A stretch of 60,751 bases of DNA, counting the filler, from Sphacelaria rigidula (lineage: Eukaryota): the NCBI GenBank assembly GCA_964200075.2. It is 7 parts of 7 records of this genome, joined end to end, with 100 filler letters (N's around TTAATTAATTAA, not from the genome) between each part and the next. Parts side by side here need not be neighbours in the genome. Positions count along the whole stretch, not along the records: positions 8,695 to 17,288 come from CAXNAA020010652.1; positions 17,389 to 25,981 come from CAXNAA020010653.1; 5 more parts are not named here. The stretch is one strand, 5' to 3'. The position numbers were made by a program, and so were the translations under genes. Each line of letters starts with the position of its first letter. Position 1 is the first letter of the stretch. The notes under the pieces were generated by a model, which saw nothing but the letters and a program-made list of their open reading frames with translations, was not told where the DNA came from and ran no database searches. Positions 12,827 to 25,835 of the stretch are shown here, piece after piece.

Positions 12827-13985
12827 ATGAATAATCAAGGAGAGTTATCGATCGCCCAACTGATCAAGAGCATCAGCAAGTTCGACGGAAAGAACTTTCT
12901 CCAATGGAAGCGCAGTACACGCGCCCTGATCTCCCTCACGCATCCAGGGATTCCGGATATAATGAACGGGGGTAAACGCCCCGTGGAAATTCGTGATGAC
13001 GTGGATCAAGTTCAAGATGTTAAACCAACTACAATTTCACGACCCACGTCAACATCAACTCGACCTCACACCCGCTCCCAAGGACTTCCACTACGTTCAT
13101 CTGAAGGGGAAGCGGATACAAGTGTACAAGATCAGGATCCTGCTGTTGGAGAGGCGGATCATTTCGGCGGTGAAGCGGATCCTACCGGTGGTGAGGAGGA
13201 TCCTACTGATGACGTAGAGGATACCTCCCTTCACCTTACTCATGTAAGAAATGTGGTAAATGTTGAAAAGATTGAAAACTGGGACCGCTGTAACGAACAG
13301 TTGTTCAATATTTTATATTTGACAACTACAGGCCCAGCTAGTAGCTACCTCCTCCGGTACGAGCCGAAGGGTCTGCAAAAACCTAACGGGAAAATCTCAT
13401 GGGAAGCTCGGGTCGCAAAGTACGAGAATTCTTCCAAGCAGAGGCGGCGCATACTGATCCGCCGGCTAGATAACACCAAAATGTCTCCTGGACAAGACCC
13501 AGACAAGTTTTTGACCAAGATTTTTTGAACTTCATGATCAGCTTGTCTACATGGGTGAACCTATCTCCGATGAAAGACTGACGGACATTGTGGTTGAGGG
13601 TCTGACTGATGATTACGACCGCGTCAAATATGATGCTGAGCGTGACCCCGACCTCAGCATCTCTGATATTGAAGTCACGCTGCGGAACATGTATGAAAAT
13701 CTACTTGCACGCGGAATTTTGGGAAACAAGGGGTTACGTGGTCGTGAATTAGCCATGGTCGCAGCTTTGCAGTCCGACTCATCATTGACATCATCAAAGT
13801 TCAAGGGAAAATGTCACTCGTGTGGAAAACTAGGCCACCATATCAGAGACTGCCGATCCAGACAACAGCCAAACAGCAGGAACAGATCGGTTAAGTGCTG
13901 CAGCCTTCATCGTACCGATAAACATGATAATACCAAGTGCAAGAGCCAAATGAACAATGGGAATACGGCAAGGAGTCACAGTCAT
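12827..13985 (+). pseudogene. gag: Copia gag (frameshift near 13525)
   Basis: KFDGKNFLQWK N-terminus; UBN2-like MSPGQDPDKFL...MGEPISDERLTDIVVEGLTDDY; CCHC knuckle CHSCGKLGHHIRDC. An extra T in a T6 run breaks the frame. Confidence 0.9.
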
Positions 13986-16900
13986 CATGGTGGAACAACG
14001 ATCGTCGTCGACAAAACACCCGCCACAACAACAGCTGCAGCTGCTGCAGTAGCTCCAACAACCACTCTGGCTTCAGTGCGACCAACATCGACAATCAACA
14101 GAACCAGGCAAATGCTGTCACCGTGAACCCTACGACAACCGACGCGTCGATAACTGTATCCTACAATCATCAGGCCCAAGAAATCAGCGGTACATCAGCT
14201 TCGACGGTGACTGACGCGTGCCCGTCACCAGGTGGTTTGAGTTTTTCGGTTTTTGCTGGTCCTGATCGCAAGGATAATATTAAGGAGCCTGTGTCTCTAT
14301 CATTTAAGATGGCGTGTGACTCAGGAGCAACATTTCACTACCTGGACAACGAGCTCCTACCAGAACTCGAACATTATATGACCAGCTACGTTAAGTTGGA
14401 TCCCCCAATGCGGATCCTCACTGCTGGAGGTCATCAAATTTGCGGAACTGGGAAAGGAGTGCTCCTGCCCATAGTGAAAGATCAGCAGGGAAATAAGCAT
14501 ACCGTCCGACTCCCAGCCATCATCGTTCCGGGGTTGGGAAAGCATATCTTTTCTCCTGTTTACCCATTACGAACAAAGGGGGTCGGAACAACTTTTGGTG
14601 TCAATTCTTATGTTGATCTTGGACAGTTTGGAGTACCACTTCGCCCTGATGACAACAGCTTGCTCCACTACATCGACATGAAGATCATCCGGAATTACAA
14701 ACCCGTCGACTCAAAAACCAGGTCAGCACTAGCAGCTGAGGTGGTGTCCGGAGAACATATTGCATGGGGACAGCTTTAACTTCTATGACGACTGCGGGAG
14801 ACGCTTCAGCTCTTTCTACTGCTGTGATTGCAGGAGTTTGGCATCGGAGACTGGGTCATCCCGCAGAGCCAGCGATGCGTCGGGTTATGGATATTCCCGA
14901 AACAGGTGTGAAATTTACGGGGTCACTTTCCTTTTGTTACACCTGCATGATAAATAGAAGCACCCAGAAGAATCATCCAAAAACCTCCGACTCTTCGTCA
15001 GTGACAGAACGTCTGCAACTGGTAACTGCCGACCTCTCGGGTCCATTCTCACCGACTGCACTAGGTGGTTACAAGTACATGGCGAAGTTCACCGACCAAT
15101 ACAGTCGACTAAAAGTTGTATACTTCATCAAGGCAATAAGTGAGGCGCTCTCTACACTTGTCAAGTACATCCAAGACGTTGCGATTCACTTAGGACTTCG
15201 GGTACACCGCCTACGGTCAGATCGTGGGGGTGAATACATTGCAGACTACATTCGTCGGTATTGCAAGACGACAGGTGTCCTTCAGGAATTCAGTTCCCCA
15301 CATTCACCTCAGCAAAACGGCAGGAGTGAGAGGGATGGAAGAAATACTTTGAATATTACTCGTTGCCTTCTGAACGAGGCGGGATTACCCAAATTTGTTT
15401 GGGGGGAAATAGCTGCCATTTCAGTATTTTTTATGCATCGTCTACCACATCGGAGCATCAACGGAGAAACTCCGTACTACAGGATGTTTGGTAAACAGGC
15501 GAATTTAGCATTTCTACGCATCATAGGATCACGAGCGTTCGTGCACAAGGAGAGGCACATTAACAAGCTGGAGGATAAAGCTTGGGAACGAGTACTGATT
15601 GGATATTATAATGATAGTCCTACGTATCGCATTTACGATAGGTATTCCGGAAAAATCTACAGTTCCAGAAATGTTACCGTCATCGAACAAGCAGACGGAG
15701 CAACAAACCTGCGGACGGACTCAACTCCAACTGCTTCGGGGGAAAATATTAACATGCAGCACCTTCATCAGGATCAACTAGTCGAAGACCACCTTCATCA
15801 TGATCAAGACTACCTGCAACAAGACAACATGGATTTCAACAACAGCGTCTTTGATGGCATTTCACAGCTGGACCGCGGCGACAGCTCAACCACATCTACT
15901 CATCCTATGCGACTCCGCTCCGCCGGAACTGCGGCCAGCACTACTTCATCTTCTACCAACCAACGTCAATCCCGAGAACTCCAAAAACTAGCTTTGGTGA
16001 TCGAAGCTCCGCGGAATTCATCCGTGGTATTGGAATCAGTTTCAAACTATATTGGGACAGTCGGGATCGAAAGTGTCGTGCCCCCTGCATCCATCTCCGT
16101 CCCGAATAATTTTAAACAGGCCTCTTCCTCACCATATGTCTCAAAGTGGGAAGCAGTCATGCTCGATGAGCTCCGCAGTATCAAAGACCATCGCGTGGCT
16201 GACATTATTCCGGCTGGAGCAGTTCCACCAAACAACACCATACTTGGCACGCGATGGGTATATAAAGTCAAGGCGGATGGACGCTTCAAGGCAAGACTCG
16301 TTTTTCAAGGCTGGGCACAACGACATGGCTTCGATTGCGGCGGTACTTTAGCACCGGTCTGCCGACTCGAAAGTCAGCGAATTCTCGTCGCGATTGCCAC
16401 TGCAAAAAACTGGCCAGTAATTGCGCTTGATGTCCAGACAGCTTTTCGAAATGGAAAACTGAAGGAAACAGTATTTTGCAAACAGCCACCGGGCTTCGAG
16501 ACTACGAACCCTACTACCGGACAACCTCATGTAATGCGTCTGTCTAGAGCGATTTATGGTCTCAGGCAATCTCCTAACGTCTGGAACTTCACCATCGACT
16601 CCGAAATGAGGAAACTGGGATTTACTGCGACAGCGAGCGACCCCTGCGTCTACACGAGAGAACAAAATGACAAGTATGTCATGCTCACGTTATTCGTCGA
16701 TGACATTCTCCTAACCGGACCCTTTATCAAGCTTCTACCAGATGTTCAAGACACGCTCAAGAATAAATTTGCTATTTCGGATCTGGGACCCGTTTCCCCC
16801 ATCCTGGGTATGGAAGTCTCGAAGGATACAGAGCGTGGAACGTTGAAACTGCCACAGCATAAATACGTCATCTCCTGACTTCAAAAGTTCAATATGGAAT

Positions 16901-17232
16901 CCTGCAACTCGGTACACACGTCTGGGGTCACCAATAATAGTATCCTACCAGACTCGGAGGAATATTTTCTAGATCAGCAAGGTATAAAGAAGTACCAAGC
17001 TATGGTGAGTAGTTTGATTTTCCTGTTTCAGTGTACGAGACTCGACATCGCCTTCAGCGTTAGCCAGGTTGCCCGGTACATGAGTAAGCCTACGACACAA
17101 CACTTAGCGGCTGTGAAACGCATTTTCCGCTATCTAAAAGGGACTCCGGACCTGCCCATCGTCTACCGCTCTTCCGGCAACAATTTGGATCTGCGAAGCT
17201 TTTGCGATAGCTCCTACGGAGCAATGCTACGG
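13986..17232 (+). pseudogene. pol: Copia pol: aspartic protease, integrase, reverse transcriptase, RNase H start
   Basis: PR ACDSGATFH; pre-integrase WHRRLGH; rve ADLSGP, LRSDRGGEY, PQQNGRSER; RT LGTRWVYKVK, FKARLV, LDVQTAF, YGLRQSP, LFVDDIL; RNase H FCDSSY. Frameshifts near 13985 and 14760; in-frame TGA at 16876-16878. Confidence 0.95.
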
Positions 17233-17388
17233 TAGGGGTGCACTTTTTTCGCGAAATTTTGTCTGGTTCAGGGGCTCCCAACGATTCTNNNNNNNNNNNN
17301 NNNNNNNNNNNNNNNNNNNNNNNNNNNNNNNNTTAATTAATTAANNNNNNNNNNNNNNNNNNNNNNNNNNNNNNNNNNNNNNNNNNNN

Positions 17389-17680
17389 AGTCATAACTCG
17401 TCGAGACGAGTGCACTCGTGGATGTTTTTCGAAAACACAACGAGCATGACTCGTGCGCTCGAGTCATTACTTTTTTTTACAACGAGCAATGACTCGTATG
17501 CTCAAGCCATCCCTTTTTTGCACAACGAGCAATGACTCGAGTGCTCGCCCTATTCATTTGTTTCCACAACGAGCGATGACTCGAGTGCTCGCCCTATTAA
17601 TTTTTCGACCAACGAGCAGCCCAACGAGTGCGAGTGCCACGAGTGCCACGGGTGCCACGAGTGACACTCGTGCTCGTCCG
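17389..17680. repeat. Imperfect ~45-50-bp tandem repeats plus 9-bp CACGAGTGC repeats
   Basis: acaacgagc(a/g)atgactcg recurs four times, gactcgagtgctcgccctatt twice, and (gagtgccac)-like units three to four times. Confidence 0.8.
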
Positions 17681-17883
17681 ACGTATGGAATTTCTGTCGG
17701 AAATCGAGAAACAACGAAGAACGGCACGCCAGAATTTCACGTCGAAGTGAAGCGACAAAGTGGAAAACTACAGGACAAAACTCCATTTCAAAGGCCGTGA
17801 TAGGACGGGAGATAGCAAGGTGTAACTTGACCTCAAAATTCAAGAGGGGAAACGGTAGAAAAAAAAGGAAATTTTAGTTCAAA

Positions 17884-17908
17884 CTCTCTCTCTCTCTCTC
17901 TCTCGTCG

Positions 17909-17952
<44 letters not shown>
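17884..17952. repeat. Self-complementary (CT)n-GTCGATC-(GA)n microsatellite
   Basis: About 10 CT units, a short spacer, then about 20 GA units. Confidence 0.95.
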
Positions 17953-17956
<4 letters not shown>

Positions 17957-18885
17957 GGGTACTGGGCAGACTTCCCGTTCAAAATCGAGAGTTACGCTTC
18001 TAGAAAACAGGACAAAGCTGCAGATGAAATATTTCGCTGATGATACAAATTGCTCCGAGATTTTTCAACGCTTACAGTCCCGTAAGCTTTTATGGAATGA
18101 TTTTGTACATGTAGCCTAACAGGGCAAAGATGGGTTGATCCATTGGGACCACGGACTCGTCCCGACGAAGGGGGGAAGGGGTCAAAAGCGTGAATAATCT
18201 TCGAGAAAAATGAATGCAAAGCTGATATTATACATGGGCGATTATCAAGAGTTATGCGAAACTGTACGTTTTTACCAATTGGTGTGCAGCAGCCGTTTGC
18301 TGTCCATCCACCTAATAATATTCTCTTCGCGCAATACCCTGCCATGTGACGTGTGCTAAAACTGTTCTGCATGCACGCACCACATGCATGTAATACTGGC
18401 GTGGATACCGCTACACGATGTTTTCAGTTGTACGGTGACTGCTAATATGCCGGCCACACTTTTTTTTGTTTTTCCTCGTCGCACTTCCAGCCCCTTTTCT
18501 TCCTCGGGACAAGCCCGCAGTCTAAAGGGATCAATCAATCCATTTCCTTTTCCCCGATACGCGCCTTGCATTTTGATATCGCGGATTGGATCATGACTAT
18601 CATTTCTCCCGCTCTGCGTCGACTCTCGGCAAAAACGCTAATTTGCTTGCAGGTCACGTTCTCACGTTGTCACTGATGAAGATCAGGTACTTCCCGGGAG
18701 GAAAACTCTCACTGTAGGCATCAAGTAGTATGACTCGCGGCATATGCGGGGCAGCAAATATTAGCCATGACGAACAGCAACGTTTAGTATTGTCCAACAT
18801 CGGCCATACCGGACCTACCGGCACACACACACAAACCACCTTTTTCGCTTTCAGTATTCATCGTGCCATGACTTTTGAAACTTAC

Positions 18886-19208
18886 CACATTTGACGTCGT
18901 TGCATACAACGTGGTGTATGTTGTGAGAGTCCATCCACCACTCCGGCCCGATGCCCAGCAAGGGCAAGATGAGCACGTACGCCGCGAAGTCATCAGAGGC
19001 TGGAGTTTGATCCCAAGTACGGTTAGCATGCGAGGAAAGACAGAAAGATACGAGAGGCGGGGTGTACTCATGATCTTGCGTGCCAGACCCGAGAGGTGCG
19101 GGGGGGGGGGGGGGGGGGGGGGGGTAAGGGCGTCCTGTTTGCGGGGAAAAAGGGGTTCACACCAAAAGGAAACACGGTTGGGGGGTGGGCAAAAAAAGNN
19201 NNNNNNNN

Positions 19209-19252
<44 letters not shown>

Positions 19253-22200
19253 TGGGGCAAGGCGTGCAAGTTTCCGGGGACAAAGGGTTCAATACCACAA
19301 GGAAATGCCGTTTGCGTGGTTGTCAAAATGAGCTCAGGTTTCCACTCTGTAGAAAATCTTTTCCAAGAACGTTTTCGGAAAATTCATAGTTGTGAAGTAA
19401 AACTACTGAAACCCTTGCCCTAATACCAACCCAAAGGGCAGCGGTTGCATTGGGCAAACTGTGCGTTGGCAGACCTTGAAGTGGCGCTTGCGGCGCTAAT
19501 GTTGACACAAAAACATTCTGCGCGCGCTGGGAGTACTTGGGACTGTCGACCCCACTACAGATCCAAACATCAGTGCTCAGACTCAAGTCAAGTGATACGA
19601 TTCCGGGGTTGAAGAGTCATTTTACAAAGTGGAAACCCTACTGGACAACGTAGCTGTATATCCTAGACACGCGTTCATAATTGCTACATGTCTGCGTTGT
19701 TTCGTCCTGATCCAAGTATAGCAGAGTATGTTGTAGTATTCGGGTCGCACATCCTATGATGTATCCTGTTGCCAGGTTTTTCTCCCCCTCACGCGCGGTA
19801 TGCTTTGTTGTACACTGCGTGTTCAAACACAAGTATGTGGGTGACAATATGTGGTGGGATTTGGGGTAAATAACAGCGTGGAAGTGCTGAATCCTGTGAG
19901 CAGAACATGACAGGAGGGACGCGCTGGACTGTTTTGAGGGCGCACAGGGCCTATTTGCACCAATTCATTGATCTTGTTCGGAAGCTTGGAAGGGTCGGAA
20001 CAATTATCGCTGGTTCGAATCACCTAGTTCACGATTTTCAAGGCCTGATTGCTCGAAGAAATCAAAACCCAGCCTCGGGTCAGAAACGTCTTCACACAGA
20101 GTTTGCACTATTCCACGTTCCTGGGGTGCAAGCAACTCTAGAAACAAAGCCCAAGGGTTGATTCGTGCGGTATGAATCAATTACACCCAAAGCAAGTAAT
20201 TTCAGACAAGTCACTAACAGAAGATCCTGATAAATGGAGTTGGACGTAAAAATGAGTTTCAACTCCAGAACGGTGCTTTCCCTGACCTCAAGTCATGACA
20301 CATGGAGTTCGGGAGTTACCCGTTCGACCCTTGGAAGTATGTCTTTATTTGCCTTCAGCTGTGTCCAGCGCTCGAAAAAAAGGATGGACTGGGTGGAGGG
20401 TACGTTCCTGACGTTTCTCAGGGTCCGCAACCTCGATCCCCCCAGCAACTCCCACGACTAGTTTCCGCTCAACAAGCGTAGGCTGCTAGCTGATTTAGCC
20501 CCCCGGGAAAGACCAATTGACACGCGAAGCAACGTGTGTGTGAACCACGCTATATCTGCGAACTTCGACTCAACAAGCTGAGTACGAGCAGGCTCTCGCT
20601 GTCGCCGGTTTTTCTTGCGTGCACCATGTGTCATTAGCTGGAACATCGCTGAACTTGCTTGAGAATACACGTATACTCAAACAAAAACACAATCTCAGAA
20701 CTTTTTTTTTTGCCTTCAAGTATGTCGTGAGTACACGATTCGACTTCAAGGTTGACGAAGGAAAGGGACGGCCGAATCCTTCCCGCGATAAAACGAACGC
20801 AAGCACTGCAAAAAGAGGATAGAGTACTGAAAAAACAAAACTCCGGTGTTGGCCTCGATCTTGGGTGACCCCGGCTGATGCTCCCGCATATACCGAAAGG
20901 TGTGGACTGGCGTCGAGAAGAAAGCAGGGGTGGCAAGACATGCAAGAGCTTTCTCGAAACAAATTATGCATGCTTCGGAGATTAGCCGTTGGTTTCGCCC
21001 GTATATATCGAGTAAAAATCTGGGGGAAAACCTGAAAAACCAGAAACGTGTCGCAAATGCGTACGCGGTTTGGGGTCGCTGTTGATGAATGAAAAATATT
21101 TTGCCTGTTACTACTATTATATCATCAAAATACATATCTTATTTTTATTCTTCCTATTTTTCTCAGTATTATTGCACACTTCTCCGATTTTTCGAACGCG
21201 CGGTCGCAGACGCGGGCTCGTCTTTCAATACCGTCCCTGACATTCTATTAGGAGATAGAGCGTTCATTGTTTCTTCTGAGACCCCGAATATAAATATGGC
21301 ACCCCTTTGACAACTGAATGAAAAAAATAAAAAGAAATTGCACAACGTAAGACAAAAAGATAGAAACGTCAAGAAAATGGAAGAGAAGTAGCCTCCCTCA
21401 AGTTAACTGGGGGGGGGAGGGGTACTCATTTGTGGCTTGCCTTCAACGTTTGACCATTGACCACGCATCCCTTTCAAGGGGGAGCACCGGGGTGAGGAAA
21501 AAACAAACTTATCAGATCTGCCAATAAAGTAAACATGAAAGGAGAAGAAAAGAGAAATAGGATTCAATCAAATTAACGACGCCAGGTATCCTCACAGATA
21601 AATACCGAGGCTGTTCGGAAGACGGCGGATTCACGAACGATTGTACTACGCGACGGTCTACTCGCTATGTTTCAGAGGTCCTCGGTGGGCACGGACGGAA
21701 CACTAGCGGTAACATTGCATGCAATCTCTTAGCATTGCGTGTTTTCATCCAGGCTACAATGTACATGTTAGCCCCCTCCTCTCCGATTCGGTACCATTCG
21801 GAAATATCTTGGGCACCCCGCGTCCACGATGTAGCATTTATTCCGAGGCCTGAGCAGTATTTCGTGACACTGTGTTACAGGCGTCTTGTTGGTCGGCCGG
21901 CCTTCGTCTTCCCTCAGACCGTTGCTCCACGCTTGAAGATGTTACGGAGGCGTTCGCCGTGCAGGTCATGACGTGACCGGCGTGGGGAGGATTCGCCTCA
22001 TCACAGCAGCCACGATGCACTCGCAGCTAGTTCTCTCGAGAACCTCGCAGTATCGCAGGATACGGGGGTCGGGAGCGCTGCGGCTTGAGGAGTGCTTGTT
22101 GAGGCACCTCAGTAGGAACCCCCGGTGGGCATTCCGCAACGCGCCGGATTTGTCGTGTACGATCTTACAGGTCATGCACCCGAATAGCATCACCTCGATC

Positions 22201-25200
22201 ACTTCCGTCTTCAAGAGACGAACCTTGATGGCCACGGCGATGTACGGGTTGTCGCATACCACTCTGCTGTACTTGCAGAAGCACGTCCAGGCCTGGCCAA
22301 GACTGCTGTGAACCTCAGGAACGGCATTACCGATGCTGTCGATCGTGCCGCCGAGATAGAAGAAAGACTGAATTTGCTTGTACCTTTTGGGCTGCAGGCT
22401 CCACGTCGACCACATCCGCCTTCATGCTCGGGGAGGGAGCGCAGGTTCATGGCTTCCTTCTTTTTCGCGGCGACGAGGCCGACTGCCCGCACAGACTTCG
22501 ACGACGGCCGTCATCATCTTCGCCAGGCTGAGTTGAGACTACTGTGCATATGCTTCTTCGGTCTCCGGAAGGCGTACACACGCCTTAGTCGATCGCTCTC
22601 TTCTCTGGCAGGTGCGAGCACGAGACGGCATACCCGCCAAGATGATATCTATCATCCGCCAGATCCACGACGGCATGCGGGTGTGATTTCGTCTTGATAG
22701 CAGCGAGACGTCTCGGTGGTTTACCGACAATCACGGTTTCGGCCAGGGCTATGTGCTTTTCCTCGGTATGTTTAGCATCTTCCTCGCGGTGGCGCTTGCT
22801 GCGGCGTTCGACAGCTTCTCGACCAAGAAGCGATGGCGAAGGACGTCGTCCGCATTGCTGGAAGGGGAAGGAAGACCAGGGACGAACTCAGCGAAATGCT
22901 TTGGGCCACATATACGTCGACGACGCTGGCATCGTCTCGCGAAAACTTTTCTCTGTCCAGTTCTCGGGAGTCTGCGCACAACGTACATCCTGTCGGCTGT
23001 CGATCAGCCGGGTCGGAAGCCGCCTTGAGCTTTTGAGACGATTCGTTTCCACTCGTAATAGGCGCTGGGGTGAGTGGCAACTATCTTGAAAACCACCTTG
23101 CCCACGTGGGACCCTAGGAAAATACCACGGTAGCTGCCACACTCGTGCGGATCTTCTTTCTTGAACAGCACCTTGACGGCCGAATATTTTCATTCCTGGG
23201 GTACTATAACCTGGCGCCACGCTATGAACACGATGTTGTGGAGGCCCTTCAGGATGGCAAAGTCCTCGGTGCGGCCGAGCTTCAATTGTCAGCCATAGAT
23301 ACTGTCCGTCTCAACGGCCTTGCCACCCACCACCTTGCCCACCGCTTCCTTCCCTTACTCCACCGAAGGCTCGGTCGTGAGCGGTGCGTGTTGTGGCATC
23401 TGTTCGATGAGTGTGATCACAGCGTGATCGAGCGTAGGCGAGTTTGCGTCCAAGATTGTTTCGAACCATTGCCTCCACCGCTGTACGACAGCTTGCTTGT
23501 CCCGCAACAACTCGCCGGTCGCGCTCCTGGTGTAGGTTGAGCCACACCCCTTCTTCCCTTCCAATTCCAAGGACTTGACGTGTTGGGACAGCCCTGCCGG
23601 GTACTTTTTGCGGGCAAACGCTGCGGCCCTGGCGGTGAACTCGTGAACGAAGTTCTACAATTCAGCATCCTTCACCTGCATGAGCGCCTCATCCGTCACC
23701 TTCAGCGCCTTATTCAGGTCAGGGTGTATGGCGTTGGTGGTTGGCATTTCATGTTCCGCAGAACATTTCCGCAGACATTTACCGTTATCGTTCTGGGTGT
23801 CTTTGCCATACTCTCCCAGTACCCGAACGTCATCCAGGTCTCCTTCTCTCTTTCCGGTGCGAGATGGCCTTGCTCTATTTCTTTTGTGCCTTCTCTAGGT
23901 GTCCCCTTTTCTCTGGGGTTTGATCCACCATTCGTGGGCTATCCTTCATCTCCACGCTCTCTCCCGCCTATTTGCGGCTCCTGCCTTGTTTCTCGTGCAC
24001 AGGGTTCAGCGAGCCCCGAGTACGTCGGCCTCAACCAAGTCTATCTTGATGCTTACAAACACGTCGCCGCCTGAACTTACGGCAACAATGCTTTCGGCGG
24101 CGGCGATAATTTAGTCAGATTAGCGACGCTCACCGGCAGGGGTAAGGCGTGTTCCGACATCATCATCACGTAACAACAATGTCACGGATGGGAATCACCG
24201 CATTGTGCGGGCAGTATGACAGTGTCACTCAATCCCGCACTGCTGTTGAGCGGAGCAGTAGTATTGATTTTCCACACAAGGTGAGGGTTGTACCCTTCTA
24301 GGGGTCGCTCCCTTCAGCTGACCCAGCCCGGCTTCGGCGGTACGGGGCTGCCGTCGAGGGGGGGAATCGACTGTGTCGCGTGTGATGACCACCGTAAGGT
24401 GTGCGCGCGTGGAGGTAGTTCGACAGCAGGAGTCACCCAGCTCCCGCAACATTGTGGCACGATTGAGTGGTTAGGTAGCTTGATTGGCTGATTGGCTGGC
24501 TGGTTGGTTGGTTGGTTAATTGGGTAAACGATTGAACAAGTGGTTGATTTATAGATTGAACGATTGGTCGGTGGATCGATGGATCGACGCGAATCGACCG
24601 GCTGCGAATCTAACCCGAGGTCGCAAGGTAGACGTAATACATTCTTCAAAAGATGGTTTAAGTAGAGTCGAACGCCAGAAGAGGGATATTTCCACAGCAA
24701 CGGAAAAGCGAGTCGAAGCGGCGATTTCAGTCGATCAAGCCAAGCGAAACCGACAAGCAAAGTGACATGCGCGATGATCCTTGGTACATCCACACGAGTC
24801 GGGGCGGGCGTATTTGGTGGTTCGTGGTTCGAATCTCAACACCAGACGTCTTTTTTGGTCTGTAACGTCCGACAAGGTGAATTTGATTGACTGATTTTTC
24901 GACTGATGGAATGATTGATTGCCGCACTACGTCCGACCATGGTGACGAAGGCAGACAGATGCACCCGGGGTAAAAAATGAGCAAAAACACGAGAAAGTTC
25001 AAAGAAAACAAGGATCCCCTGAGACCGCGGACTCGTCCCGAGGAAGGGGGGTGAAGATGGAGATGGGGACGGGGACGGGAATGGGAATGAGGATGGGGAG
25101 TGTACATGATATTTCCTGCCGTAGTCGTAAGACAAGTGACCTCGCATCCATACACAGCCGGCGCGGAGCACGTCAGGTTTTCCCCGGACCAGGCTCGCGA

Positions 25201-25835
25201 TTACTAAGCGCGAAGCGCCATGATGTGTTCGGCGAGTCGCATGAAAGATGAGCTGCCTCCTGCTAAGATTGCTCGGCCCGAAGCGCGCTAATTATCTTGC
25301 ATATGGATGACAGCCTCGATTGAATTGCTTCATTTTCTGGTATCGCCACTTTTCGGAGGCAGCCACGGGCTACACTGCCTCATGGGTGTCTCACCATTGA
25401 CACACTACGTAGTACGACCATCCTCTTTACGCGAACTTGAGGTTCTCCCACACCGCGCAAAATGATCCAACTCAATGGCGGTAGGGATGGAGGGGGCGCC
25501 CTCATTTGGTGCTTGCCCTTCGAGACGGAGCATCGTTCCTACTTGTAACAGAGACACATCATATCCAACATTTGAGGATGGGGATGGGGATGGGTGGCGC
25601 AAATGGTTGAAAGTACAGCAAGAAAAAAATAAAAAGGCATACCTCGCTCTGCGATGTGACTTCTGTGCCCAGCATCATGCCCCAAAAATGAGAGTTGCTG
25701 CCAGTAGAATCCCACGAGCCCCGCTCCACACAGCTGTGCCCACGTGCATCCCACGTTGGATATGATCACGAAGGCTCCTAGCGCCAGAATAGGTAGAAGG
25801 ACGATATACCGTTTGATGAAGAATGAGTTGTCGAT
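18886..25835 (-). CDS. Front-end (Delta6/Delta8 sphingolipid-type) desaturase, internal exons 25835-25643 and 18999-18886
   Basis: Exon A (cag|IDNSFF...GFYWQQLSFLGHDAGHRSHIAER|gtatgc) carries His box 1. Exon B (cag|ASDDFAAYVLILPLLGIGPEWWMDSHNIHHVVCNDVKC|gtaagt) carries His box 2. The phase-1 join is in frame. Confidence 0.9.
20720..20920 (+). mobile_element. 5'-truncated copy of tRNA-SINE family S1
   Basis: Aligns with 42765-42975 (ttcgacttcaaggttgacgaaggaaagg...gcatataccgaaaggtgtggactggcgtc). Confidence 0.8.
21815..23770 (-). mobile_element. Degenerate RTE-like LINE ORF fragment with inverted RT core
   Basis: Minus strand: GELLRDKQAVVQRWRQWF, ECGSYRGISL, AQGGFRPG, LAKMMTAVVEVC, YLGGTI, KVRLLKTEVIEVMLFGC. 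The RT core motifs lie on the plus strand at 22539-22942. Many stops and frameshifts. Confidence 0.9.

Larger units (their letters stand above)
11702..17232 (+). mobile_element. Ty1/Copia LTR retrotransposon, degenerate and 3'-truncated
   Basis: Domain order gag - protease - integrase - RT - start of RNase H, which is diagnostic of Copia. Confidence 0.97.

Noticed and set aside
17389-17680. CRISPR-like repeat/spacer pattern
   Set aside because: Repeats are degenerate, spacers are related to each other, there are no cas genes, and the context is eukaryotic.
19099-19320. Poly-G tracts flanking an apparent diverged duplication, with poly-Pro/poly-Gly ORFs
   Set aside because: 19124-19198 looks like an error-rich version of 19255-19320 across a 10-N gap, typical of read dephasing after poly-G. 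Likely an assembly artefact.
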